A DNA stretch of 64,000 bases from Planctomycetota bacterium. Its GTDB lineage: Bacteria; Planctomycetota; UBA1135; UBA2386. The stretch covers positions 6,144,001 through 6,208,000 of the forward strand of contig OZ245006.1 in NCBI GenBank assembly GCA_965223545.1. The letters are read 5' to 3'. Within the stretch, counting starts at the first letter, position 1; every line of letters starts with the position of its first letter. This document shows positions 19,140 through 29,372 of this stretch, piece by piece. Both the position numbers and the translations under genes were made by a program. The notes beneath the pieces were generated by a model. The model did not search any database and was not told the DNA's origin. It was given only the letters and a program-made list of their open reading frames with translations.

Positions 19140-20642
19140 ATGACTCATCTCAGGACGTTCCTTCCCGTCGCCCTCGCGGTCTTGACCCATGCTCCCTCGG
19201 TCCTCGCGCAAGAGCGCGAGTCCCTCGGACCGTTCCGCGGCATGCCGCACGGCCTGTCGGTCGTGCGCAACACGATGCAGCAGGATCCGCTGCGTGATGG
19301 CGTCGTGTACCACAGGGGATCCGGAAACCCGATCAATGATCCGCCGCCGCCGACCTCACCGAGCTGTAATGGCGGTCCCGACTTCAGCCTGTTGCAGACG
19401 CAGGGTCTCATCAGACCTGGCGTGAGGATTGATGCGCTGTCGATAGGTTTCGACAACATCGCGGCAAACACGATCGGCGAGTACGAGCCCCCGTCGTCGC
19501 CGGGCTGGGCCGCTCTCACGTTCACGGTGAATCCGGGCGCGCTCGGACCCGGGGGAGACCACCCGATTTCGTTGGAGTACTCGGCGAACGATGGCGTGGG
19601 GGGCGATCTCTTCAGCTATCAGTTTCCGAACACCATCCTAGCAGGCGGTGTTGCCGACACCGTCTTCAGGGCACAGGACAGTACCGAGATGGGTGTGTTC
19701 GAGACCAGTCCGCTGTTGGGACGGAACATGGACGCCCACGATGCGTTCTCGGGCATGTGCGTGACTGGGACGTTTGAACCGCTGCCCGAGGAAGTGACGT
19801 TGTATTTCTCCGTCGACCACGACTGGGTGCTCCAGGGTGGCACGGCGGTCGACCACTTCTTCAACTCGAATTCGCTCCCGCCCCATTCGCGCGATGGCCG
19901 CACGATCTTCGCCACGACGTGGCGCAACGGCGGTTGGGAGGAGGTGGACGTATGGTTGGACCCCGACCACCTCGGGATTGAAGTCGGCAAGGACCTCGAT
20001 GCGCTGGCCTACGATGCCTCCGCCGCGATGTTGCTCTTCTCCGACGATGACGACGAGACTGATCCGATCCTGTTCTTCCACCTCTCCTCGGGAACGCAGC
20101 AAGTGTACAGGTTGCCCGGCGCTCAGGGAGAAGCCGTGTCTGCGAAGATCGGTCTCAGCCTGGCGGCACACGACGACATCGAGGGCTTGTGCGCGCTCGA
20201 TCCCGGCTCGCGCTTCCAGTCTCCGCCACCGTTGGACGTGGGCGGCAAGTACGGTCCCGGGCTGTCTCAGATCCACTGGGTCGAAATCGACGCTCTCTTG
20301 GCAACGCCGCTCCCCAACGGCTACGGGCCTTACTCCAGCGAACTCCTGATCAACGCCACTGCCGGCACCGAGAACGGTAGTCCGGTTGTCTTCATGAACG
20401 CGGCGACGCACTCCTTGGTGTCGTACCCCAACCAGGCGTACACCATGACGTTCGTCGTCACGGTGCCTGGTGCGGGGACGGTGACGACGTACTCCGTGCC
20501 GCACGTCGGCCGCGACGCGGTGCAGGCCTCGATGCCGGTTCCGGCGCAGCTCGCCAACGTGTCGTTCGACATCTACGCGATCAAGTCGGACCGCCGCGGC
20601 AACCGGGTCTCGACGTCGCACATGCTGCGCATGCGCATGTGA
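19140..20642 (+). CDS. Secreted hypothetical protein
   Basis: Signal peptide (FLPVALAVLTHAPSVLAQ); repeated IDALS/MDAHD/LDALA/IEGLC beta-strand motifs; visibly more A/T than its neighbours. Confidence 0.75.
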   Translation: MTHLRTFLPVALAVLTHAPSVLAQERESLGPFRGMPHGLSVVRNTMQQDPLRDGVVYHRGSGNPINDPPPPTSPSCNGGPDFSLLQTQGLIRPGVRIDALSIGFDNIAANTIGEYEPPSSPGWAALTFTVNPGALGPGGDHPISLEYSANDGVGGDLFSYQFPNTILAGGVADTVFRAQDSTEMGVFETSPLLGRNMDAHDAFSGMCVTGTFEPLPEEVTLYFSVDHDWVLQGGTAVDHFFNSNSLPPHSRDGRTIFATTWRNGGWEEVDVWLDPDHLGIEVGKDLDALAYDASAAMLLFSDDDDETDPILFFHLSSGTQQVYRLPGAQGEAVSAKIGLSLAAHDDIEGLCALDPGSRFQSPPPLDVGGKYGPGLSQIHWVEIDALLATPLPNGYGPYSSELLINATAGTENGSPVVFMNAATHSLVSYPNQAYTMTFVVTVPGAGTVTTYSVPHVGRDAVQASMPVPAQLANVSFDIYAIKSDRRGNRVSTSHMLRMRM

Positions 20643-20660
20643 CCGCGGACGGATCGCCGC

Positions 20661-21260
20661 TCACAAGCCGACCAGCATCAACAGCCCGCACAGGGCGATC
20701 GCGCCGCCGGCCACCTGGCCGGCCGGCAGCGGGGAGCGCAGCCGCGCGGTGGCGGCCAGTGTGCCCGCCACCGCGAGCACCATCGTGCCCACCGTCGCGG
20801 CGGTGAACACCGCGCACACCGCGAGCGCGCCGCCTGCGCCGTGCGTCGCGGCCGCCGTGCCGATCGCGGGGATCAGCCACTCACACGGACCGACGGCGAA
20901 CGCCACGGCGATCCACCGCCGCGCACCCGCCGAACGCCGTCGCCGCACCGCGCCGACGACCATCGCGACCCCGACACCGACGAGCAGGACGGCCGCGACC
21001 TGCGTGCCGTGGTCGCGAAACAGCTCCAGCACGCCCGCCCACTGCGCCGCATACCACCCCGCGAACGCCAACCCCGCGCTGGTGGCGCAGTGCAACATGC
21101 CCAGCGCCACGGTCCACGCCACCGTGCGGCCGCGGCTCAGCTGCCGATGCCGCGCCAGCGCGGCGATCGGCACGTAGTGATCCGGCCCCGCCAGCGTGTG
21201 CCACACGCCGACCGAAGCCCCAGCCGCCACCAGAGCACCCAAAGTCGCAGGATCCTGCAT
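20661..21260 (-). CDS. HoxN/NixA/UreH-like metal transport membrane protein
   Basis: HTLAGPDHYVP motif, a His in TM2, PCE motif, about six TM segments. Confidence 0.7.
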   Translation of the reverse strand: MQDPATLGALVAAGASVGVWHTLAGPDHYVPIAALARHRQLSRGRTVAWTVALGMLHCATSAGLAFAGWYAAQWAGVLELFRDHGTQVAAVLLVGVGVAMVVGAVRRRRSAGARRWIAVAFAVGPCEWLIPAIGTAAATHGAGGALAVCAVFTAATVGTMVLAVAGTLAATARLRSPLPAGQVAGGAIALCGLLMLVGL

Positions 21261-21277
21261 CCCACGACAGTACGGAG

Positions 21278-21844
21278 TCAGGCTCGATTTTCTCGCTTCG
21301 CGTCCCGCCGCCGCCAGTGCAGCACGCCGAGGTAGTCGGGGTGGTCCCAGGGACCCACGTGCGCGGCGCAGCGCGAGGCCAGGACCCGGGCGATCTGCGC
21401 GAGATGGTTCTGGTCATGGGCGACCCACGCGGCGATGAGGTGGCCGATGGTCACCCGTCCGAGCGTCGGGTGCAGCCCTTCGCGGGCCAGGGCGGTGCTC
21501 CCCAGGTCGAGCGCGCGCAGCGCCTGCAGGTTCTGCCAGCGCAGGTCGGCGAACTCGTCGAGCAGCTCGTCCAGTGCGACCGGGAGCAGGGGCCGATGGC
21601 CGCTGCGATCGAACGGCGTGAACGCGACGTCAGTGCCGTGCTGCAGAACGTGGCGAATGCGCGGCATCCAGTCGACGCGTTCGTTGTAGACGCAGTGGCA
21701 GACGACTTCGCGCGGGGACCAGGTCTCCGGTGCTTCGCGGTGATCGAGCCAGTCTTCACCGATGCCGGCCAACCAACTGCGCATCGTGCTGGGGCCGCGA
21801 TCCAGCAGCGCGAACGCGGCGGACAGGGGCAGCGTCTCGGCCAT
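21278..21844 (-). CDS. DinB family protein
   Basis: WSPREVVCH, DWMPRI, HPTLGRVT, WVAHDQNHLAQI. Confidence 0.88.
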   Translation of the reverse strand: MAETLPLSAAFALLDRGPSTMRSWLAGIGEDWLDHREAPETWSPREVVCHCVYNERVDWMPRIRHVLQHGTDVAFTPFDRSGHRPLLPVALDELLDEFADLRWQNLQALRALDLGSTALAREGLHPTLGRVTIGHLIAAWVAHDQNHLAQIARVLASRCAAHVGPWDHPDYLGVLHWRRRDAKRENRA

Positions 21845-21855
21845 CGCGCGTCAGT

Positions 21856-24615
21856 CTACTGCGCGGCCGTGGCCGCTGAGTCGGGCGTTCGTTCCGCTGT
21901 TCGATATTCGAATACGTAGCTCCCAGCGCCGAGGCGGAGCGACAAGCCGCGCGCGGTGTCGCGCATTGCGCGGAGTCCGGCGCCGTGCACGAGGGGCGCC
22001 CCCGATTCCACCGTGTCGGCCCGCGCTGCCGCCGGCAGCATCACCACGGCCTCGGCGTTGGCCGGCACGTCCACCTCGACGCGCACGCGCGCCCCACTGA
22101 CCGACCAGCGGCAGCGGACCGTGCCCAGTGCGGTCTCCAGTGAGCCCTCGGCCCAACCGATCGATGCGAGGATCGTCGGTTGCACCAACACTTGGCCCGA
22201 GCCCGGCGCCCCCGGCCGGATGCCGGCGAGGCCCTCGATGAACCAGGCGCCGATCGACAAGAACGAGCTGTGCAGCCGCGAATGCACACCGTCCCACTGT
22301 TCCCAGATGGTGGTCGCACCCTGCGCGAGCATGTAGCCCCAGCCGGGGTAGTCGGTCTGCGTCGCGATCCGGTGGATCAAGTCGTTCCGATCGGCGGCCA
22401 TCAGCGCGCGGATCAACATCCAGGTGCCGTGGATCCCCGTGTCGAGGTGGCCGTGGTGCTCGACGGTGATGGCGCGTTCGAGCCGGCGTACCAGCTCCGG
22501 CCGCAGCGGCGGGGGAGCGACCTCCGCGAGCAGCGCGAGTGCCCAGGTCGTCTGTCGGCCGCTGGCGTAGGCACCGCGGTCTGTGTCGAAGAACCGCTCG
22601 TGCACCGCGGCGCGCACTTCCTCGGCCCGGCGTCGCCACTGCCGCGCGTCCTCGGTGCGGTCCAGCGCGGCGGCCACCGCGGCTACCGTGCGCAGGTTCC
22701 ACAGCCGGTAGGCGTTGTTGAAGAACTTGGTGTCCTCGTCGTCGGTGCCGCCGCCCTGCTGCGCCCCCGGCGGCACCCAATCGCCGAGGAACGACCACTT
22801 GGCCGCGGTGTATCGCTCGTCGTGGTACTTGTGCAGGATGTCGTCGACGCATTGCCGGTCGAGGAAGGCCAGCCACCGGCGCATCGTCGGATACGTATCG
22901 GCCAGCACCTGCAGGTCGCCGGTGCGGCGGTACAGCTCCCAGGGCAACATCACGCAGATGCCGCTCCACGCCGGGCCGCCGCCACCGTCGTAGGTCGGGC
23001 AGGTGTGCGGCAGGTTGCCGGTCTCGTCCTGGATGGCGCGCCAGTCGTCGATCCACTTGCGATAGAACGCGCGCAGATCGTAGTGCGTCAGCGCGGTGTC
23101 CATCGTCGCGTGCGCGTCACCGCCGTAGCCCCACCGCTCGCGGTGCGCGCAGTCGACCACGTAGCCACCGAGGGTCAGACTCTCGAAGGTGTCGAGCACG
23201 ACGCGATGCAGCCGCTCCAGCGCTGCGTCGCCACACGCGAAGTGTCCCGTGCGCCGGTACGCATTGCGCACCAGCATGCCGTGAACCTCGTCGGGAAGCG
23301 GGGGCCGACTGGCACCCACGATCGTCAACCAGCGACCGCAGGCGTAGTTGAATCTGTGCCGAAACGTGCCTTTGCCGTCGGCGTCGAGCACGAGCTCGCT
23401 GCGCTGGCCGTAGGTCTCGCGTTGGTCCTCGCGCTCGGAGGTGTGCAGCGAAACCGTTGCGTTGGGATCACCGTGCAGCGTGACCGTATGCCAGCCGGTG
23501 AACCCCCGGCCGAAGTCGACCCGCACGGCCCCGTCGGCGAGCTGCTCGATGCGCGCCGGCTCGATGCGCTCGACGCACCGGTTGGGTTCGAGCGCGTCGC
23601 TCACCAGCTCGAGGTCCACCGAGTACACCGAGGCTGGCCCCCAGCCCGCCGCCGGGGACTCCGTCGTGCACCACTCGGGCTGCGCGGCGCCGGCGTCGAC
23701 CCGCTCGCCGCCATAGCTGCCGAAACGCCAGGGGCCTGCGTGCGCGGTGTTGCTCGGGCGCACCCTCCACTGCGCGTCGGTCGTGACTCGCCGCCAGCGG
23801 CCCCGCGCGTCCTCGATATCGATCTCGGCGCGAACCAGTGGCGCGGCCGGCACCGCGAAGCGCTCGTGCGCCGCCCACCCGGCCGAGAGCCAAAGCCCGA
23901 TCGTATTGTGCCCTGGCACCAGCGAGCGGGTCAGGTCGTGGCTGGTGACGCGCGCGCGCTCGCCGAGGTCCGAGACGCTGGGGGTGAGCACCGCGTCGCC
24001 CACCTTCGCGCCATTGCAGTGCAGCTCGTGGTAACCGATCGACGCGACATGAGCGATCGCGCGGCGCACGGGGGCATCGAGGAAGACGTGACGACGCAGC
24101 CACGTCGCCGGTCTCGCGGGCGCCGCCGTTGGGGAGGCGGCGTCGCGGTCGCCGATCCACTGCGCCGTCCATCCTGTGTCGCAGATCCCCGTGCTCCAGG
24201 ACGCGATCGCGCTCCAGGGGGTGGGCCGCCCCGCGTGGTCCCAGCCCCGCACCTTCCAGTAGTAATCGGTGCGTTCGTCCAGCGCGGCGCCGCAGCGGAC
24301 GCGGCACTGGTCGGTGGCAACCACACCGCTGTCCCAGACGTCCCCCTGCTCGGCCCGCAGCAGCGACGGCGTGCTGGCGACCAACACGCGGAACGCGGTT
24401 TGCGCCGCCCCGCGCGAGGTGACGGGCGCCGCCCACCGCCAGCTGAGCACGGGGGTGCTCGCGGTGACGCCGAGTGGGGCGACGAGATCCTGGCAGCGCA
24501 GCGCCTCGGCGCGCATCGCAGACTCGCGCGCGGAGTGGGGGTACGCGCAGGCGGCTGCCCAGAGCAGGGTGCCCGTGGTCCAGCGCCAACGCCGTCGACT
24601 CGCCGGCTCGCTCAT
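21856..24615 (-). CDS. Alpha-L-rhamnosidase (GH78)
   Basis: DVWDSG, YYWKVR, VDFG, DCAHRERWGYGGDA, FLGDW, GATTIWEQW, SRLH. Confidence 0.9.
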   Translation of the reverse strand: MSEPASRRRWRWTTGTLLWAAACAYPHSARESAMRAEALRCQDLVAPLGVTASTPVLSWRWAAPVTSRGAAQTAFRVLVASTPSLLRAEQGDVWDSGVVATDQCRVRCGAALDERTDYYWKVRGWDHAGRPTPWSAIASWSTGICDTGWTAQWIGDRDAASPTAAPARPATWLRRHVFLDAPVRRAIAHVASIGYHELHCNGAKVGDAVLTPSVSDLGERARVTSHDLTRSLVPGHNTIGLWLSAGWAAHERFAVPAAPLVRAEIDIEDARGRWRRVTTDAQWRVRPSNTAHAGPWRFGSYGGERVDAGAAQPEWCTTESPAAGWGPASVYSVDLELVSDALEPNRCVERIEPARIEQLADGAVRVDFGRGFTGWHTVTLHGDPNATVSLHTSEREDQRETYGQRSELVLDADGKGTFRHRFNYACGRWLTIVGASRPPLPDEVHGMLVRNAYRRTGHFACGDAALERLHRVVLDTFESLTLGGYVVDCAHRERWGYGGDAHATMDTALTHYDLRAFYRKWIDDWRAIQDETGNLPHTCPTYDGGGGPAWSGICVMLPWELYRRTGDLQVLADTYPTMRRWLAFLDRQCVDDILHKYHDERYTAAKWSFLGDWVPPGAQQGGGTDDEDTKFFNNAYRLWNLRTVAAVAAALDRTEDARQWRRRAEEVRAAVHERFFDTDRGAYASGRQTTWALALLAEVAPPPLRPELVRRLERAITVEHHGHLDTGIHGTWMLIRALMAADRNDLIHRIATQTDYPGWGYMLAQGATTIWEQWDGVHSRLHSSFLSIGAWFIEGLAGIRPGAPGSGQVLVQPTILASIGWAEGSLETALGTVRCRWSVSGARVRVEVDVPANAEAVVMLPAAARADTVESGAPLVHGAGLRAMRDTARGLSLRLGAGSYVFEYRTAERTPDSAATAAQ

Positions 24616-25557
24616 TCAGCTGCGCGGTCGTTGCGCGCCGGGCAGGGCGCGGCGCCATGCCCGCGCCAGACTGTCGATGATCAGCCGCGGGCCACAGTCG
24701 GCCAACGCGACCGTCCAGCGCCAGAAGCCGCGGGGCATCTTGCGCCAGTACGGATGGAAGACGCGCGCGCCAGTGCGGCGCATGGTGTTGAAGAAGATCG
24801 CGGGTGCCCAGATCTCGCGCGGTCGGGCGCGCAGCGTGCTCCAAATGCTGTACGGGTCCGTGCCCCACCAGGCCTTGAACGGGTGGTCGAGACAGAACGG
24901 GATGCCGAACGCGGCGGCGTAGATCGGCAGCCGGTACTCGAGGAAGCCCATGGTCGGCGCATCGACTTGCGCGAAGCGCGCCAAGAACTGTCGCGGCAGG
25001 CCGAGCACGATGGCGACGCAGCACATGGGTTCGCCGTCGAAGCCGTAGCGCTCGCGCACGTGCGCGAGGAAGTCGAGGTACCGGTTGCGGTCCTCGGGCA
25101 GGTCCGGCGTCACCCAGACCCAGCGGTCCTCGACTTCGCGCACCGGTCGGAGACCGGAGAACAGCGCTTGCCCCGGCTGCAGGCAGGAGAACACCTCGTC
25201 CACCGGGCCGTAGATCAGCATGTCCCATTGCGCGATGACGACCGTGTCGAACTCGAGGTGAACGCCGCGGTTGCGGTACCACGAGGCGATCAGGAGATCG
25301 CCCCACATGTACTTCCAGTAGACGCCGTCGCGGAACTTGTCGGGGAAGCTCGGCGGAATCGGCGGCGGCGGCTCGTCGAACGCGTAGAAGTCGTCCACCC
25401 ACGGCCGGAGCCGCTGCTCGAACTGTTCGGCTTCGGCGAGCTCGCCGCCGAACAGGACGTAGATCGGCGTCTTGGGGTTGTCGGCGCGCAGGTGCTCGAC
25501 GCGGTCCGCGCACAGCTCGAGCTCCTTGTAGCACCAGAACAGGATGGCGAGCTGCAT
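24616..25557 (-). CDS. Hypothetical protein, possible GT-A-fold glycosyltransferase
   Basis: Clear coding ORF abutting the rhamnosidase start; N-terminal beta strand AILFWCY, FDTVVIAQWDML and VFHP. Confidence 0.55.
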   Translation of the reverse strand: MQLAILFWCYKELELCADRVEHLRADNPKTPIYVLFGGELAEAEQFEQRLRPWVDDFYAFDEPPPPIPPSFPDKFRDGVYWKYMWGDLLIASWYRNRGVHLEFDTVVIAQWDMLIYGPVDEVFSCLQPGQALFSGLRPVREVEDRWVWVTPDLPEDRNRYLDFLAHVRERYGFDGEPMCCVAIVLGLPRQFLARFAQVDAPTMGFLEYRLPIYAAAFGIPFCLDHPFKAWWGTDPYSIWSTLRARPREIWAPAIFFNTMRRTGARVFHPYWRKMPRGFWRWTVALADCGPRLIIDSLARAWRRALPGAQRPRS

Positions 25558-25708
25558 CGTTGCGTCAGACACGGGCGGGGCGCGGCAGGATAGCTCCAGC
25601 GCGGCGTTGGAACAGTGACCGCGCCGGAACCATCCTCCGCGGGCCGAACCACGCGTGGTCGACCCAAGGGGTGTTGTCGGCATCGGCGGCCGAGGAGATG
25701 ATGGCGGG

Positions 25709-25957
25709 ATGGCGCTCGCCGTACGTGCTCTGCTCGGGCTGGTGCTGGTGGTGTTGCTGTACCGCCTGGCCCGTGGCGTCCTCGGCGGCCGTCGCGGCCA
25801 GTTCGGCGGGCGGCGGACCGGCTTCCCGTGCGGCACGTGCACGAACTGCGGCAACGTCTTCCCCGACGGGGTGATCTGCCGGTTCGGCGGGCGCGAGACC
25901 TTCAAGAACGAGGTTCACATCGCCAATTGCGCCGATTACCGGCGGCGCACGGGCTGA
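25709..25957 (+). CDS. Small membrane-anchored Cys-rich protein
   Basis: 82 aa; one TM segment, then CGTCTNC plus two further Cys; good codon bias. Confidence 0.65.
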   Translation: MALAVRALLGLVLVVLLYRLARGVLGGRRGQFGGRRTGFPCGTCTNCGNVFPDGVICRFGGRETFKNEVHIANCADYRRRTG

Positions 25958-27321
25958 TCTCGGCTGGTTCTCGGACCTCCCTCGGTGGCCTCGAGGAAGT
26001 CGAGCTCGTGCCAGAGAACCAGGCTGCCGCCGCGCGCGACGATCGACCACGGGCGTGGCAACAGGCCTTCGTGCGGCACGGCCACGCGGGTCTCGCCGTG
26101 CACCGCGACCGTGACGCGTTCGCCGTCGGCACGCACCTCGAACGGCGTGCGCGCGTCGCCGCGCCACTCCTCGAGGGTCGTCGTGCGGTGGACGTCGCCG
26201 GCGGCCACCGTCAGAGTGTGGTCAGCCGCCACCCAGAAGATCGCGACGGCGGGCGGTTCGCCGAAGCGGAGCTCGGCAGTGCGCGCGCCGGTGTCGTACA
26301 CCCGTAGTGCTCCCCGCGCAGCTTGCAGCGCACCGTCCTCGCCGAGTCGCCATGCCAGCGCGTCGCGGCCGGGGAACGCCTGCTGCAGGAGCGTGCCTGC
26401 GCGTTGCTCCAGCATTCGACTGTCCTGGCGCCAGCGAGGCCGGAGAGAGGCGACGAAGTCGACGAAGCGTGCGTCCAGGCCGTTCCACTCCGCCGCCGGG
26501 AGCTGCTGCCGGAACGCGGCGGCGAGCACTGTCGGCCCGGCACCCCCGGCCGAGTGCTCACCGTGCAAGTCGGCGATCGCGGCGTCGAAAGCCGCCCCGG
26601 TCCGCGGCTGGCGCAGGAAGCGCACCGCGAGCCAGCTCATCGCGTAGCGGTCGTAGAACGGGAGCTCTCGCCCTTGGCCGGCGAGCAGCGAGGTCAGCTG
26701 CCATCGATCGCTCTCGGCCAAGACCCGTTGGCCGCGCACCACGGCGGTGGCGAACGCGGGATCCTCCTCCGGTGAGTGGAGCAGGTCGGCGTCACGCAGG
26801 ACCTCGGTCTCGAGCCAAGAAGCGTTGCCGTCGGCGAACCACTGCGGATGCTGCGCGAATCCCGCGCACGCGTGATAGCGCGCGAGGTGGGCAGCCTCGT
26901 GCACCAGCAGCCGAAGAGTCTGCCGTCCCAGTCCCCAGCGTTCGATTGCCCTCGGGTCTCGCGTCGGCTGGACCGCGACGTGCGCGGTGCGCGATCCCCA
27001 GTGCGCGAACGCCAGGTTGCGGCGGAAGCGGCCTTGGGTGAGCTGCTGCTCGGCGCGTTCGTAGCCCTCGACCGAACGATACAAGTGGATCGTGTACGGC
27101 GCGTCCGGTGGGGTCGTCGGCCGTCGGTACAGACGCATCGCCGCCGGCCAGGTCGCGGCCAGGAGCCGCCGCGCCGCCGCCAGCGCACGCGGTGCCTCGA
27201 AGTCGGCCACCAGGGTGAAGCAGGCGCCCTGGGCGGCGGGCGCGGCTTCGGCGCGCGGGTCTTGCCGCCGGGCGAGCGCGACCAGTGCGGCCGCCGCGCA
27301 CGCGGCCGTCGCCACTGGCAT
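25936..27321 (-). CDS. Hypothetical protein with an HExxH metallopeptidase-like motif
   Basis: LLVHEAAHL followed by PQWFADGNA (peptidase MA-like); TGATG overlap with the upstream gene. Confidence 0.6.
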   Translation of the reverse strand: MPVATAACAAAALVALARRQDPRAEAAPAAQGACFTLVADFEAPRALAAARRLLAATWPAAMRLYRRPTTPPDAPYTIHLYRSVEGYERAEQQLTQGRFRRNLAFAHWGSRTAHVAVQPTRDPRAIERWGLGRQTLRLLVHEAAHLARYHACAGFAQHPQWFADGNASWLETEVLRDADLLHSPEEDPAFATAVVRGQRVLAESDRWQLTSLLAGQGRELPFYDRYAMSWLAVRFLRQPRTGAAFDAAIADLHGEHSAGGAGPTVLAAAFRQQLPAAEWNGLDARFVDFVASLRPRWRQDSRMLEQRAGTLLQQAFPGRDALAWRLGEDGALQAARGALRVYDTGARTAELRFGEPPAVAIFWVAADHTLTVAAGDVHRTTTLEEWRGDARTPFEVRADGERVTVAVHGETRVAVPHEGLLPRPWSIVARGGSLVLWHELDFLEATEGGPRTSRDQPVRRR

Positions 27322-29171
27322 CAGAAGGTGACGAACGAGCGGGTCTGTCCGGCGCGGGTGGTGAGCGCGGCGGGGCCCAGCGTGCGACCACTCTGGGTGC
27401 GCACCGTGACCGCCAGACCGACCATCTCGTTGGCGCTGGTGTCGCCACCATCGGTGTCGCAGTCGAACTCGAACACCACACCGCCGCGGAGCTTGCCGCC
27501 GGCGAAGCGGAACCTGAGGGTGCGGTAGTCACCGGGATCCCCGCCAGGATTCGTGCCGATCCAGCCGCAGTTGCTCGCCGGCGCGCAAGGCACGCCGCGC
27601 ACGGTGTTCTGTGCATCGTAGACGAGGCCGGCGGCGACGTCGGAGCCGTTGCGGTAGGTGCCGTTGCAGCCGGCGATGGCGCTGTTGCCGGCGTCGAAGC
27701 GGCCGGCCATACCGCTCTGATCGGTGTCGAACTCCATGCGCGTGTGGGTCGGGTTCGTCGAACGGGTCCAGTCGAGCTCCAGCTCGGTCACCGGGTCGTC
27801 GCCGAAGTTGGTGATCGAGAAGAAGCCGCTCGAGGTCTGGCTGTTGAACGAGTCATCGCCGGACGCCATCACGACGATCTCGGCGACGTCCCAGAACACC
27901 TGGTTGGTGACCGCCAGCTGGTTGGTGCGCATCAGCGGCTCGAAGTACACGGTCTGCGCGCGGAACTGGCTGCCGAGGCCCGCCGGGATCAGGACGTCGA
28001 GCGGCGCCGGGCTCACCGGCAGGGGCAGGATCACCGCCGGGTTGATCTGGGCGACCACTTCGGGGAAGCCGGGCAGCGCCGTGCTCGGCAGGTTCGCGCC
28101 GAAGTTGATCAGGGTCACCGCCGGGCGGCCGGCAAGGCCGGGGTTGGCGGTCACGTCGTGCGCCCAGCCGATGCGGGTCGGCAGCGGCGGAATGAACTTG
28201 GGTGACTCGGGCGTCAACGCGCCGTTGCCCGCGCGGTGGACCAGCACCGCCTCGGTTTCGCCCGGAACTTGGGTGTCGCGGTCGATGCGATAGACGGTCG
28301 CGGTGTCTTCGCGCCGTCCCGAGCTCTGGTCGAGGCCGATCAGGCCATACGCGTTGCTGGAGCCGATCAAGCCGGCGCCGTGATCGAGCCCTCCCTGCGG
28401 CGAGTTCGGCAGGAAGCGTTGGATGGCGTTGCCGGTGTACTGGCCGGTGCGTGGGTCGAGCTCGCGGATCTCGCCCTCGTTCGGCGCGCTGTTGATCCAC
28501 AAGGTGTCGTCGCCCGGGGTCGCCGTGCCCTGGTCGTCCCAGGCCAGGCCGTAGATCGACCACGGCGGGCCGCCAGCCGGCATCGGCAGGACGGTCAGGA
28601 TGTTGCCTTGCAGGTCGATCTCGTACAGCGGGGAGGCGAAATCACCGGTCCAGAGCGAGCCCCGACCCGCATCGCCGTTGGGGTTGAGTGCCAGTCCGCG
28701 GTGGTTGCCGATGCCGGCGTTGATCGGGTTGGTGATCGGCTGGCCGTTGAACGTCGTCGACTTCGTGCCACCGACGAAGAACGCGTGGATGCCGCCCTCG
28801 AAGCCGAACGCCAAGCGGGAGCCGTCGGTGCAGCCATCGCGCAGACCCCACTGGCTCGCCGTCGTCGCATTCGGCTGGTCGAACTGACGCACCAGGTTGC
28901 CGCTGAGGTCGACCACGAAGATCTGATGCGGCGGGAGTCCGGTCGCGCTGCGTCCCGAGATGTAGAGGTCGCCGGCCAGGAGCGTGACGCCCAGCAGCGT
29001 CTGGCTGCCGGTGATCGCGTTCAGGTCATAGGGTCCCAGGCTGCGGTGACCGTAGCCCGCAGCCATGTCCTTGTTCGGTTGGTTCTGTGCGGCGGCACCG
29101 ACCGCGAGCGTGAGTGCGAGCGTCGCGGTGAGCGGCCGTTGCCACCGAGCTAGAGGTCGGGATGGAGTCAT
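27321..29171 (-). CDS. Secreted hypothetical protein (propeller-like N-terminal region)
   Basis: Signal peptide (LTATLALTLAVGAAAQ); GLA/YGLAWD blade-like repeats; Gly/Asn/Thr-rich. Confidence 0.75.
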   Translation of the reverse strand: MTPSRPLARWQRPLTATLALTLAVGAAAQNQPNKDMAAGYGHRSLGPYDLNAITGSQTLLGVTLLAGDLYISGRSATGLPPHQIFVVDLSGNLVRQFDQPNATTASQWGLRDGCTDGSRLAFGFEGGIHAFFVGGTKSTTFNGQPITNPINAGIGNHRGLALNPNGDAGRGSLWTGDFASPLYEIDLQGNILTVLPMPAGGPPWSIYGLAWDDQGTATPGDDTLWINSAPNEGEIRELDPRTGQYTGNAIQRFLPNSPQGGLDHGAGLIGSSNAYGLIGLDQSSGRREDTATVYRIDRDTQVPGETEAVLVHRAGNGALTPESPKFIPPLPTRIGWAHDVTANPGLAGRPAVTLINFGANLPSTALPGFPEVVAQINPAVILPLPVSPAPLDVLIPAGLGSQFRAQTVYFEPLMRTNQLAVTNQVFWDVAEIVVMASGDDSFNSQTSSGFFSITNFGDDPVTELELDWTRSTNPTHTRMEFDTDQSGMAGRFDAGNSAIAGCNGTYRNGSDVAAGLVYDAQNTVRGVPCAPASNCGWIGTNPGGDPGDYRTLRFRFAGGKLRGGVVFEFDCDTDGGDTSANEMVGLAVTVRTQSGRTLGPAALTTRAGQTRSFVTF

Positions 29172-29372
29172 GGGTGCTGCCGGGGACGGAGGGGTCGCCA
29201 GTCTTACCGCGTGGCGCGCACGGCGCCCAGCCCCGCCACCGGCGAGCCACGGCCCGGGAACGCGCCGAGTGTGGGTTTGCCCGCAGGCGATGTCCCCGCA
29301 ACGAACTCCTCGCTCCGCTTCCCCGGGTTCGGTAGCGTTCGCTCCGCTCCGACCGGGCCCTGACCGAACTCC

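Noticed and set aside
22180..25593. 1137-aa plus-strand ORF and similar long antisense ORFs (8458-11298, 48924-51389, the 29172-31259 extension)
   Set aside because: They lie antisense to well-supported genes; long stop-free shadow frames are expected in high-GC DNA and these show no motifs.
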